A stretch of 63,336 nucleotides of DNA, counting the filler, from Folioceros fuciformis (taxonomy: Eukaryota): the NCBI GenBank assembly GCA_049999805.1. It is 4 parts of 4 records of this genome, joined end to end, with 100 filler letters (N's around TTAATTAATTAA, not from the genome) between each part and the next. Parts side by side here need not be neighbours in the genome. Positions count along the whole stretch, not along the records: positions 23,166 to 44,406 come from JBNGIO010003110.1; 3 more parts are not named here. The stretch is one strand, 5' to 3'. Under the pieces are notes generated by a model that was not told the origin of the DNA, ran no database searches, and was given only the letters and a program-made list of their open reading frames with translations. Both the position numbers and the translations under genes were made by a program. Within the stretch, counting starts at the first letter, position 1; every line of letters begins with the position of its first letter. Of this stretch, positions 25,728 through 36,800 are shown one piece after another.

Positions 25728-25842
25728 CAGCATATTTGTACATAGCAATCATAGTATATTACTTATTACTTATCGGACTACCATAGCACATTTGTACATA
25801 GCAATCAACGTATATTACTTATTACTTATCGGACTACCATAG
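25728..25842. repeat. Tandem duplication, ~57 bp x2
   Basis: atttgtacatagcaatca..gtatattacttattacttatcggactaccatagc occurs twice. Confidence 0.85.
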
Positions 25843-26064
25843 CGATGAGCATGCAAGCGGTTGGCCTAGTGCCCATTGCCATTGAATCCACGATCCCCCT
25901 CCCCTTAGTCAGAGACCATGCAAGAGGCCAAGGGACCCATTTGTACCTAGTTGTGATTATGGTTGAAGGAGCTTAGGTCTTGTGGAATCAAAGTCCTCCA
26001 GCTACAAGGCCTTATATATGTGGGCCCGTAGATGCTTATGCTTCCATATTCTACGAGCTTCCAT

Positions 26065-26160
26065 GGCTTAAGTCATCCCCCACATGGACGTAGGGTTTCA
26101 TGTCCCTAGGCTGTGGCTTAGGTCATCCCCCACATGGACGTAGGGTTTTATGGCCCTAGG
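26065..26160. repeat. Tandem duplication, ~50 bp x2
   Basis: ggctta.gtcatcccccacatggacgtagggttt.atg.ccctagg occurs twice. Confidence 0.85.
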
Positions 26161-27064
26161 TTTACACCCTGGTAATCTGTGCAGGTAATTTTGTAATCAT
26201 CTTTTTGGTAACATATACACCACAAGAAATAGCTAGTGTTTGTATCAATTTTTTGTAACACAATTTGTAGCAGCTCCGAAAAGTGTTACAAACAATTGCT
26301 TAGAGGGCCGGTATAGAATTCATAGCTAATTTTAATACTTCGTGGTAAAACTTTCCATATTCTATGTTGATAAGTGAGGGTAGGGTCGTCGAACCACCCT
26401 TAATATGATCTACGCCAAATGGGCGGATTCTTGAAAGCCCATTCGATGCCAATGACAAAATGTGAAGGACCAACCGCATATCTATTTAAGTTCATTAGGG
26501 TTCAAGGAAGGGTGCTGCACGCATGTGTGCCATAGTATTGAATTTGAAAAAACCCGAAAACACACAAGTAAGCTTGCATAACTTAAGCCATGGAGAGGCT
26601 TTTACAACTTAAAGTTGTAGGTCCAAAAAGGAGTGCGCCGGTATACTGGAGCACCTAAGCCTAAAAGTTTTGGCTTCTCAAAACCAAAAACTCTTAAAAT
26701 CTCAAGGCAATTTGTTGTGGTTAGCTTCTGAATCATGTACTACATTTAGGGACCTAAGTCGTTGCTCCGTCATGTCCGCAAAATCATCACCCTCTACCTC
26801 GAGGACAAAAAATTGCGGTGCCTCCATAGTTTGGGGTGGGAGTTCATCCCGTTTTGTTATAGCAAGAGGATGTCCCTCAACCCTTTCGACCTTTTGCGAG
26901 CCCTTATCGCCCTTCTTCCCAAGTAGGTTGAAGACTTGCATCTTCCTATCAATATTCCCACAATATTCCCATCAGAGCAAACTTCTTTCACCCAAAATTT
27001 TGAAGGTCCTCTAATGAATGATGAAATAGAAATCTCCTTTTTTGCATTTGGTAGTTTCCTATTC

Positions 27065-27890
27065 CCAAAATCCTCTGTTTCATGTATAAGGTGCACCTAA
27101 GGTCCATGTCGATGCCCACCACATGCGGCTCGTAAAAAAACTTCCAAAACCTACAAAGGCATCTACTACCTAGTCACCTTCATAGAAGAACATCCACAAT
27201 AGTATACCTAACAATCCAAAGGGGTTTTGATATGGCAAGACAACCATAGAGTCTACAATATGAAATAGATGTTTTTTTACCATGGCCTCATGACGAATAA
27301 CTCAAGGAAGAAGGTTTTCATCCTAAGAAAATAGTGGTGCCCTTGGTTAAATGGCCTCCACCTTCACAACACTGCCAATGGTTAGATACTCTATTGCCTC
27401 CACTACTCCAGAGTTTGGTGGAATATTTGTCTTCTTCTAGATAAGGGTTGGTATGGTACTCTTTTCACACCATCGACATAAAGCCTCTCTCGCTTGCATC
27501 ACTCTGTCCACACCGTGTATGATGATAGTCAGGTAGACATTACTACTAGTACACTCATTGAATCCACTCAATAGCTCTTCTAGCTCAACTTCAGTCAGCA
27601 GCTTATCATTCTCATGTCTTTGCAGTCCATGTGGTAAATCAGCAAAAAGCAAAGTATATGCTCGTTTCATCATAAAAGCCTTCGTTGTCAAGTACATTTC
27701 TATAAAATACCTAATATTTGACTTTGTCTTTTGTATTTTAAATCCTATATTCAAACAATCCTATATCCATATATGCATCTGCCAATTTCTGCTTCTTCTC
27801 CTCCATCCGATTCCAATTCCGAGCACAGTAAACGTAGTCCTAAAATGGCTTTGGAAGAGACTCTAGGTCAGTGATGCTTGCTGGCTTCTG
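27065..27890 (-). pseudogene. Decayed beta-class amino-DNA methyltransferase (N6_N4_Mtase family)
   Basis: One frame, read through stops, gives LLFADLPHG (motif IV-like, 27640-27626), LI*KKTN..EYLTIG (W-x-K..E), PYQNP..LL..LL and EGD*VVDAFVGFGS (motif I FxGxG, 27169-27140). After a frameshift comes HVVGIDMD..MKQRI. The catalytic motif precedes the SAM motif, which is the beta order. Confidence 0.75.
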
Positions 27891-27949
27891 CAATTCATCA
27901 CATGAACATGAAGAAGTCAAACGAGGCATTGATGTTGGCATCAAATCTT

Positions 27950-28455
27950 TGATGCACTGGTATGCCAATGCATCATACTAATGCATCAAGCATCTTCCCT
28001 TTGTGGGTATGCCAATATACCGATGCATCCCTGTCTTATCCTTGCACAGGTGCACCGATATACCGGTGCACGAAGGATGTCTTATCCCTGCACAGGTGCA
28101 CCACGAAATCTCTGCATGGATACGTTGGTATGCCAGTGCACCCACGAAATCTTTGTGTGGGTGTGTTAGCTCACAAACGCATTTCATGGTATACCTGCGC
28201 ACTCGCGAAATCTCTTTGTGCCAAATCTTTGTGCGGGTGTGACGTATATTGGTGAACCCGTCTAGACCTTGCTTGGGTGCGCCGGTATACTAGCACATAA
28301 ACTAATGTCCCACAATATACAACACTTGCAATTAATTTGGACATTAATGTCTTTGACCAAAAATAGTAGATCATGGTGTGCCGATGTACCAGCGCACCAT
28401 GCTTATGATGTGTAGGTAGACCAATGCACCATGCTCTTCATACGCTAGTATACCA
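27950..28455. repeat. Cluster of degenerate palindromic GGTGCACCGGTATACCGGTGCACC-like motifs
   Basis: Examples: gtgcaccgatataccggtgcac (~28050-28071), ggtgcgccggtatactagcac (~28276) and ggtgtgccgatgtaccagcgcacc (~28375). Confidence 0.7.
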
Positions 28456-29569
28456 ACACAATACGATGACAAACCACATTTACCTTCGTTTCTTTGTTGT
28501 ATGTTTTGCAGGTATACTCAAGTACCATTCCATTTGTAGGCTAGTAGACCAAGGCACATTTCTGCATTACTGGCAATCTTGTCTTGATGCCATTGCATGA
28601 GCAGATCAAACTAGTATTAGACAATGGCAAACGCCTCACATTGTCCGTGGACTCGTAAACAGCCTGGAAACGAAGGTAATGCATTTGGAGAGTGGACATA
28701 GTAGACTTGAGACATGCCGTTTTACTTGATCTTGTCAAGTGCAGTCTAGTCAGAAAACCCAATAAATCACAAGCTCACCCACATACATTGGTAAAAACTA
28801 AATATTTTATGGACAATCCTAGTTTTTCCTATGATGAATTGAAAAAAGACGACTGCATCTTGATTTCATAGAGGGATTTGCATGGACAAAAAAGAGAGCA
28901 GCTCGTTTTCAAGGAATATGCCTATTAGGCAAAGACCTTGTCCATATGATCATTAAACAATCCCACCAACAATGGGAACCAACGGGAACCAACGGGAACA
29001 TAAATTGTCTCAACTATAATGCGGCCACCTAGAGGCCGAAAGGCGGACTATAATTGAGGACTATCACTATTGTGCAGGTGGGCTGTGCTAGCAAAGGGGT
29101 TGATTGTTCCTTGGTCTTTGACCTTTGAACAATTTGCAAAAGCCTATATAAGGGAGGCACCCCATAGATGTAGAGTCAGTTTGTGATTGGGGTCAGCTTG
29201 GGAGTAGGGTGTCATAGTCTGTGGACTTAGTCTGAGAAGGAACATAGTCGAAGCTCAACGACAGTCGCGGAAGGTGGAAAGTGGTTGTAGAAGGGGCAGT
29301 CGGTAGTGGAAGCCAGTGGCGGTCGTGGAAACAGGAACAGCTGCCGGCGGATGGAAACCCTCAAGGGAAGCCCAAGTGTCCAAGGGCCATTTTCGAAGTG
29401 GAGCGCAACCACAACTGAAGCGGTGTCGGGGAGTAGACTCGGGCGAACAAAGGATCGGGCGTACAGGCTAAACGTAGGGGCCAGGAAGGGAGCAGCGGGC
29501 TTGGGGCAATGGCCATCTCCTGACAGGCTCGAGGAAGTGCAAGGCTGTAAGGAGCAGGTTAGGAGATGG

Positions 29570-31402
29570 TGGCGGCGCGCCGGCTAACCCTGGAGCAGCG
29601 ATGGATGGCGGAAGTAGCGGCTGAGCTAACGTTCGTTGATCTTTGCAGGGATGCTGCACCCAGACCTATGGTGCAGGTCGAGGTTGCCCTCTGGCCCAAC
29701 ATGAACTACTGGAGGGTCCGGGTAGGTGAACTGGTGGAGGAGTTGGGTCTCGGGATCCTGACAAAGCGTTGGAACTACACGAACCCGAGCCTAGTGCAGG
29801 AGTGTGCACAATAGCTGCGGAGTAAGGCACCGATGGGAGGAATCAAAGGTAGACCTAGGACTGGGACATGGACTTGGTCAGAGCGGTGTATGGGCGCAAT
29901 CTAGAGGAAGTTGGAGGACTCGTAATCGAATCCTTACGGAAGCAAAGCCCCTAGGGTGGTAGCAACAATAGCACTATTCAAGGTAGGCATAGGGCGGGAG
30001 GCCAACGGCTGGCTGGCGCACGAGATGGCATCTACTCAGCTCATGGGCCTAGCCAAATAGCTCCTCTGCTTTGTATAGCATAAGAAGCAAGATTACTTAT
30101 CTAACCACATGTTGTTGTTCCTACACAAGGTGGTCAAGGGGAGCAAGATTGACAAGGGGAAGATTATTTTCGATAGGTTGAGTGAGGAGAGGCAGAATCT
30201 GACCTCTCCCACTCCCTGGCCATCCTTAATTTCTCCTTTCCTTGTTCATCTGTATTCACATGTTAACTGCTTGCTAGAGTTAGACATTGTGGCTTCCTTG
30301 CATATGTGGAAGCCTGTTAGGGAAATCAAGTGGAAGCCAGATGAGCCCAAGAAAGAGATAGAGTCCAACAGCTGGGAATCCGGAGTGATAGGTAGCTCTG
30401 AAGAGGAGGTCCCCATCGGCTGGAAACGGAAGGCGAGAGGAAGCAGAAAAACTCCTACGAAGAGGAAGAAGGTGGGTGCGCACGTCACCAGGTCTAAAGC
30501 AAACCTAGCACTGCAGGAGATGGCCAGGAAAACAAAGACCAAGCCACAAGCCACCCCAATTGTAGAACCCAATGAAGAGGCACCAATGGCGGAGAGGTCT
30601 GCTGATGTGGCTATAGGCATTTTGGAGAAATTAGGGTTGACCCCGACAGTGGAACTCTTCCCTAGATGGGAAGAAGTCTTTAAGGGCACCCCTTTGGTGG
30701 CAAATTTGCAGACGGAAGAGCTAGTTAGAGTGCGCACCCTACTGGGCAAGGGAATATTGGATAGAGGGATGGCTACTGGCGGAACCCCTCAACAGGTAGA
30801 TTTATCGGGGTTGACAGCGGCCATGGTCCGAGCACAGGCAGACATGCTAGATCAGGCCGCATTGGCGCGCACTTGGTTGAGCATGCAGGGAAAGCGAGAT
30901 GAGAAGGTGCAGGCCAAGCTAGCTAAAGCGAAGGCAAGGCGGAAACATCTAGAGGAAGCCCAATAGGCCCTTGACGTAGTGAGAGCTCAACTACAGGGAA
31001 TTATGCAGGGCACAGGAAGAAGTGTAGGCCATGAAGAACCAGCAGGAACTGCTCCTAACCCAAGTCAAGGAAGTGTATGAAGCAAATCAGGAAATGCAGC
31101 AGGAACTGTTACGGGCACAGGAGCAAGAGGTAGCCGCTTTGGAGAAGGTCCAGAAGCTAGCGGACCGTTACAAATGGGAATGGGATGAGGCCCGGAGCCA
31201 AGTCAAGGGGAAAGGGAAAGTCAAATGGAGCAATAGGTCCACAACCAAGGTAGTGGGAGTCGCTACCGGTAGGGGAGAAACGACGCCAATAGAGGGAAGC
31301 CCTACCATGGTCAGGGAAGCAGCCACAGTCGTAGAACCAACATCCAGGGTTGCTGAAACCCCTACCCACACTAGGAGGACTGGATTGGACACTCCATGGT
31401 AG
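29570..31402 (+). pseudogene. Degenerate TE-associated accessory ORF (retroelement-type, with NLS and coiled coil)
   Basis: Long near-continuous frame broken by TAG stops. Contains IKGRP..W, ISPFLVHLY, a basic KRK..KRKK stretch and a C-terminal coiled coil. TATA-like cctatataagg at ~29143. Family not established. Confidence 0.45.
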
Positions 31403-32229
31403 CCCACGGGAGGAGGGGGTAAGCACCTCATCTGCAGCAGGAGGCCAGATTGTATTAAAGCACATGAATGAGGAGTCTTATATTCCTAGTCTCTATGTAA
31501 ATGGAGATCGTGTACTTAACCTTATTCTCCATGTGCGTGTGGGAATAGGAGGGACCAGGGCCTATTGTTTGAAGTGAGGACCCGCAATGGATGCTTCTCT
31601 TATTGCGTCTGGGTGTGGGAGCTAACCCCTTGTTATTCGGAGGCAGTCTTGAAGGAGCTCATAGAGGAAGAGGTATAGGCCTGGGCCATCTTTATCAAAT
31701 CTTATCTAAATCCTATTTTTAAGATGCAATAACTTCTAGCCTACTTCAACACCGCGCTCTCCTCCTATCCGTCCTTCTAGCCCTCCGTCCTCTACTGCCA
31801 AACCCCTGGGCTCTCCTTCCTCGCTGCTGGTCAAGCAGGTCTTCCCATAAAAGCTCCACCTCGCTCCCACTACTGACTGACCTGTCCTAGCTAGGAATAG
31901 GTGGGGTCCGCCTTGGAGTCCTTTCTTCCCCCACTGGTCTCCTCTTGCTAAGGACCATCACATGTTCCTTCTCCCACCTAGTCTTGTATACGGCAATATT
32001 GCTCCCAGGTGGCCCTTGCTTTGACATTTCAACGGCCTAGCCCCCTAATCATTGCACCCTTGCAAATTTTACCGAGTTTAGGCATTTTTGCTTCCTTTGT
32101 GGCCATCCGTGCTATTTGTCCTTTGGACTAACCTTACCAATAGGTGGCGTGGTGTGTGGGATGTGGATGCTTTTTCTTTATGGATGCCACCTTGCTTACA
32201 ATTGGAGATGGTGAGTATTTTGTTGTCTA

Positions 32230-32385
32230 GAAGGTTGTGCAAAAGTTAAATAGTGTCGCGAAGTTGAATGGAAGTTTGACGGTGCAGTGCAAAAGTTTAA
32301 TGGTGCCCTAAAGTTGAATAGAAGTTTAATGGTGCTGCGAAGTTGAATGGAAGTTTAACCGTGCCGTGAAAAAGATTAATGGTGG
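32230..32385. repeat. Degenerate short tandem repeats directly upstream of LINE ORF1
   Basis: Repeated aaagtt(t/g)aat(g/a)gtg and gaagttgaatggaagttt motifs. Confidence 0.6.
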
Positions 32386-33801
32386 TCGAGGAGCACTCAC
32401 GATAGGCGGAATGGAGCGGCAGGTTGTGGCATGACGGCCTGATGGAAGCATTGAGGCCCCCACGGGGGGGCTCGACAGTCCACACATGGGCCCAAGTGGC
32501 CGGCATGGGTTCAGACGTGCAGAATAGACGGAAGTCTATTAAGGGTGCGCAAGCAACTAATCCGGTTGAGCTTAGGCGGAAGGAAGCAATACCTGAGAAG
32601 GAGGATCAGGTACGGTGTCTTGGGAAGGAAACCGCTCGTGAGAGGTCAAACGAGGACACAAGTACAGATCAAGTCTCGGCCCCGACAAATGAGGTAAACG
32701 GCATCCAACTCGGCCCTTTGGCAGACCTCTTGACCGAGGAACAATTCTTCCAACAGGAGGAGTTTAGGCTGTCGGGTAGCTCGGTGGTGGGGAGGCTGTC
32801 TGCCGGAGGGCTGCCCTCGGTAGGCGAGGTTGAGGGGTGGGTAACCCCAGGTTATGGGGTGTCCCCCTGTTTACATCTTCCTCAAAGAAGACGGCTCCTT
32901 TCAGGTTAAGTGTGATGAAGCAACTGGAGCTCTTGCACTATTGCAAACAACATTGCCCTTCAGAGACTCAACCCCGGTGGTGGTCGAGGTGTGGTCTCCA
33001 GGAAGCACAATCATGCACTCCCAGATCAAGAGGCACTTTATCTGGGTGCATTTGCCCGCCCTACCGGCATAGCTTATTCCATTGATTGGCAGGATGCTGG
33101 AAACAATCGGCCGGGTGGTTGAGCTCCCACAGGTGGACTCCCGTTTTCTCAACAGAAGAAAGCCTCCTCGATTCAGTGTAAGGGTGAACAATCTCACTGC
33201 CTTACCTGCTGGGGTGGTGGTTCGAGATTCGGCAGATTCCTCAAAGAGCTATATATCGCTCTTCGACTACCCAGGTCTTCCTTTAAGGTGTGGAATCTAT
33301 GGCTTGACTAATCACCTCAAGCTAGAGTGTCCGCTCCACTTAGGTCCAGAAGAACGGAAGGTCAAGTCAGAGAAGACCCAGGTCGAACGCTTACCGGGGT
33401 TTCAAGGCGTCCAGAGGAAGCCGTGGAGAGCGAATCTGACAGCGCAACGATGGGCTCATAGAATTCAAGAGGATGTCTTCCCAAGTCTGGCTGGCATGAC
33501 CATCACGCAGGTGAAAATCTGTGTAATAATGCGGAAGACGGTGGAGAACACCTTCTACTACTGGATGCCAAGAGGGGAGGAAATGCATGCGCTGCCTACT
33601 CGGTCTCTTCAGCTAGGAGCTGCAGAGGGCATCCGAATGGTGCTGTTGTGGGAGACAGTCAGGAGGAGGGCTAAAAGCGTTATTCAAGAGGGTCTGGCTG
33701 TGGGGGAAGATTGTGCAAGCAAGTTTTCAAAGGAAGCAAGGTACAGCGCAGCTTGTCATCGGTTTGAAGGATCCTCAGCCGATCGTGTGTAACAAGTCGG
33801 G

Positions 33802-36800
33802 TGTTGAAAATAGCGGAAGCATAAACTTGAATATGCAAGTGTGTGTAATAATCATGAAAACAAAACTTGACAAGGTCTTATATACTAATAAGCCTAAACC
33901 TAACTTAAGTTTGTTTGACCCTAAGGTAGGTTATATACTAAATAACACGTAGTTATTTTAACACTCCCACTTAACCTACGCTTAGGTTAAATGCGATACT
34001 TTACCCACATACAGTATATCACCTCATACAGAATACGGACTCAAATATCGCTAAATACAAAGTAGGTATGAAACAGCACGCGACACCATCAAGCGACCAT
34101 GTGCCCAAAAGCAGACACACACTTGAAGACAACACCGCAGGCAAGAAATGAAGACAAGAGCACTCTTCTAGCGGTAGCATGCAAGCTCCAACACACTTCC
34201 ATGGCTCAACTCTATAGCAGTTTGCCCTCTTGTTATTCGAAATTGCTAGCCACTCTGATGAAAAACCTTGATTCTGTATTCGTCACAGGAATCCAACTTC
34301 CAGCATAGAAGAACAGGCTAGAGCATGAGCCAGCCTTGTTGTTTTGCTATTACTTCAATCAGGCTCCTAATAAAGAGGTCACAGTTGTGGGAAATTGTCA
34401 CAAAATACCAAGTACTCCTGGCCTGTGCACATCCAGCACATGACTGGATAGTTCGTCATGACTTCATCCACCATGCTGGACCACAGCCAGGTATGATAAA
34501 AACTGTTGTTTGTTAAACTTCATATACACAAGTCTAACCACTACCTCCGTTTCTTATTGTGGATAGATAGATGTGGAAGAAAACACCGGGAGCACACGCC
34601 TGAAGCTAGTAGCCAGAGAGTCAAAACAGACAAAAACACTGTATTGCGCCTCGCATGAGCACCAAATAAACATGTCTCCAGAAAGTCTACACTCCCACTG
34701 TCCACAATAACAAGCACTCTGCTAGGTAGATTTGGAAGGGAGATTAAACTCCCTTAATCCTAGGGCTACCATATGTTTAAAATGTTTTAATTTTGGTAGC
34801 CCCTTGGTTAGAATATCTGCTGTATTATTTTTTGTATTAACATATTCCACTTTAACAAGTACCCTTTCTGCGACATCCCTAATGTAGTGATGATAAAGCT
34901 CAATATGCTTCGTGCGAGCATGAAATCATGGATTAGAGACCAGTGCGATAGCACTCATATTGTCACAAAGTAACAAAGTGGAACCCTGCTACTTCTATTG
35001 GATAGACTCCAAGAACTGACGCTCCCATTCCGCCTCCTTGCAAGCATCGGTAAGAGCTGTGTACTCAGCCTCAGTAGATGAGAGAGCAAGAGATGTTTGT
35101 TTCTTACAACTCCAACTCACTACAGCAGAAGACAGCATGAAACAATAAGCTGAAAGACTTTTCCTGGAATCAGAGTCTGAGGCCCAATCAGCATCAGCGA
35201 AGGCTGTAAGCTCCAAACCCTTACTCCCACTTGCTGAATATTGTAGGCCATAGGAAATAGTGCCTTTCAAATATCTGTAAATCCTCTTGATAGCAGCCCA
35301 GTGCACACGACCCGGTTGCTTCAAGAATTGAGAAACCATGCTCACCGAATAGCTAATATCAGAACGAGTCCAATTAGAGAGGAAGATCAAGCAACCCACT
35401 GCCTCAACATAAGGGACAGTGGCCATTTCAGCAACATCAACACTAGTGAAATCTTCAGCTGTTAACTTCACCCCCACTGCTGAGGGAGTGGCAACAGGAC
35501 GAGCATCCTGAAGACGAAAGCGTTGAAGAAGTTCCTTAAGGTACTTAGTTTGATGCATAGTGATCAATCCAGCTGACCTGTCTCGCGGAATCTGAATGCC
35601 CAGACAGAACTGCAGATCCCCCTGATCTGTCATTTCAAACTCACGGCGTAACATCTCCTTCACTGTCGCAAGTTGGTCAAGAGTGGTACTCAACAACACA
35701 CAGTCATCCACATACAAAGCAAGGATAACAAATTGAGCACCAGCCGGAAGGAAGAACACACAACTATCAGCAGGAGACTGCAGAAAGCCAAGCTAAGTAA
35801 GGTACTTCATAATCCTCTTGTACCAAGCTCTAGGAGATTGTTTTAAGCCGTAAATAGTCTTGGACAGCTTACAAACTTGATGTGGATGTTGTTTATCCAC
35901 AAAGCCTTGAGGCTGCTCCACATAGAGGGTCTCCTCTAACTCGCCATGTAGAAATGTTGTGCAAACATCCATCTGCTGGACCTCCAAATCAAGCTCAGCT
36001 GCAAGGGCCATGAGAATCCGGATAGAGGGTGGTTTCACCACAGGAGAGAAAGTATCACCATAATCTATCCCACGTATTTGTCTAAAACCTCGAGCAACAA
36101 GCCTTGATTTGTATCTAGCTATTGTTCCATCTGCATTGAGCTTAGTCTTGAACACCCACTTACAACTAATGGGCTTACATCCTAGTGGAAGATCAGCTAA
36201 CTCCCAAGTCTTATTCTTGATCAAAGAGTTATACTCATCTGCAATCAAAACTCTCCAATGTTCACCATTAGGACCACCAAGAGCTTCAGCATAAGTCTGT
36301 GGATCAGGACAAACTTCACGTACATGCAAGTTAACAGCATGAGCTTGTGGACGCCTGAAGTCAATGGATTGATATGGTGGTTCTATCCATTGCTCTCTGG
36401 GGCGTCTCTCATGAGTAGGATAGTGAGGTTCAGGTGCTGGTTTGACTTGAGGAACAACATCCTCTTCAACAACAGCATTTGGTCCAACCTCAGCATCGTC
36501 TACTTGTTCATCATGATCATCCTCAGAAGCAACAGAACCATCAGAAACATGAACATCCTCACCAACATCAACTGGAGCAAAGTCCTCTTGTCCTTGATCA
36601 TCAACTGGCTCAAGTTCAGGTAATTCAAGCACCACTTCAGCATCTGATTCCGGATAATCGACAGGTGGGGCTTGCATCAACCCATCATTCGGTCCTGAAA
36701 AACTAACTTGTGAATCTAATGACTCAGCAAAAGCACTAGCCAAATCTAGATCTGCTCCCACTAAATCCAACTGTTCAGCAACAAGGCTAGTCCAAGGAGT

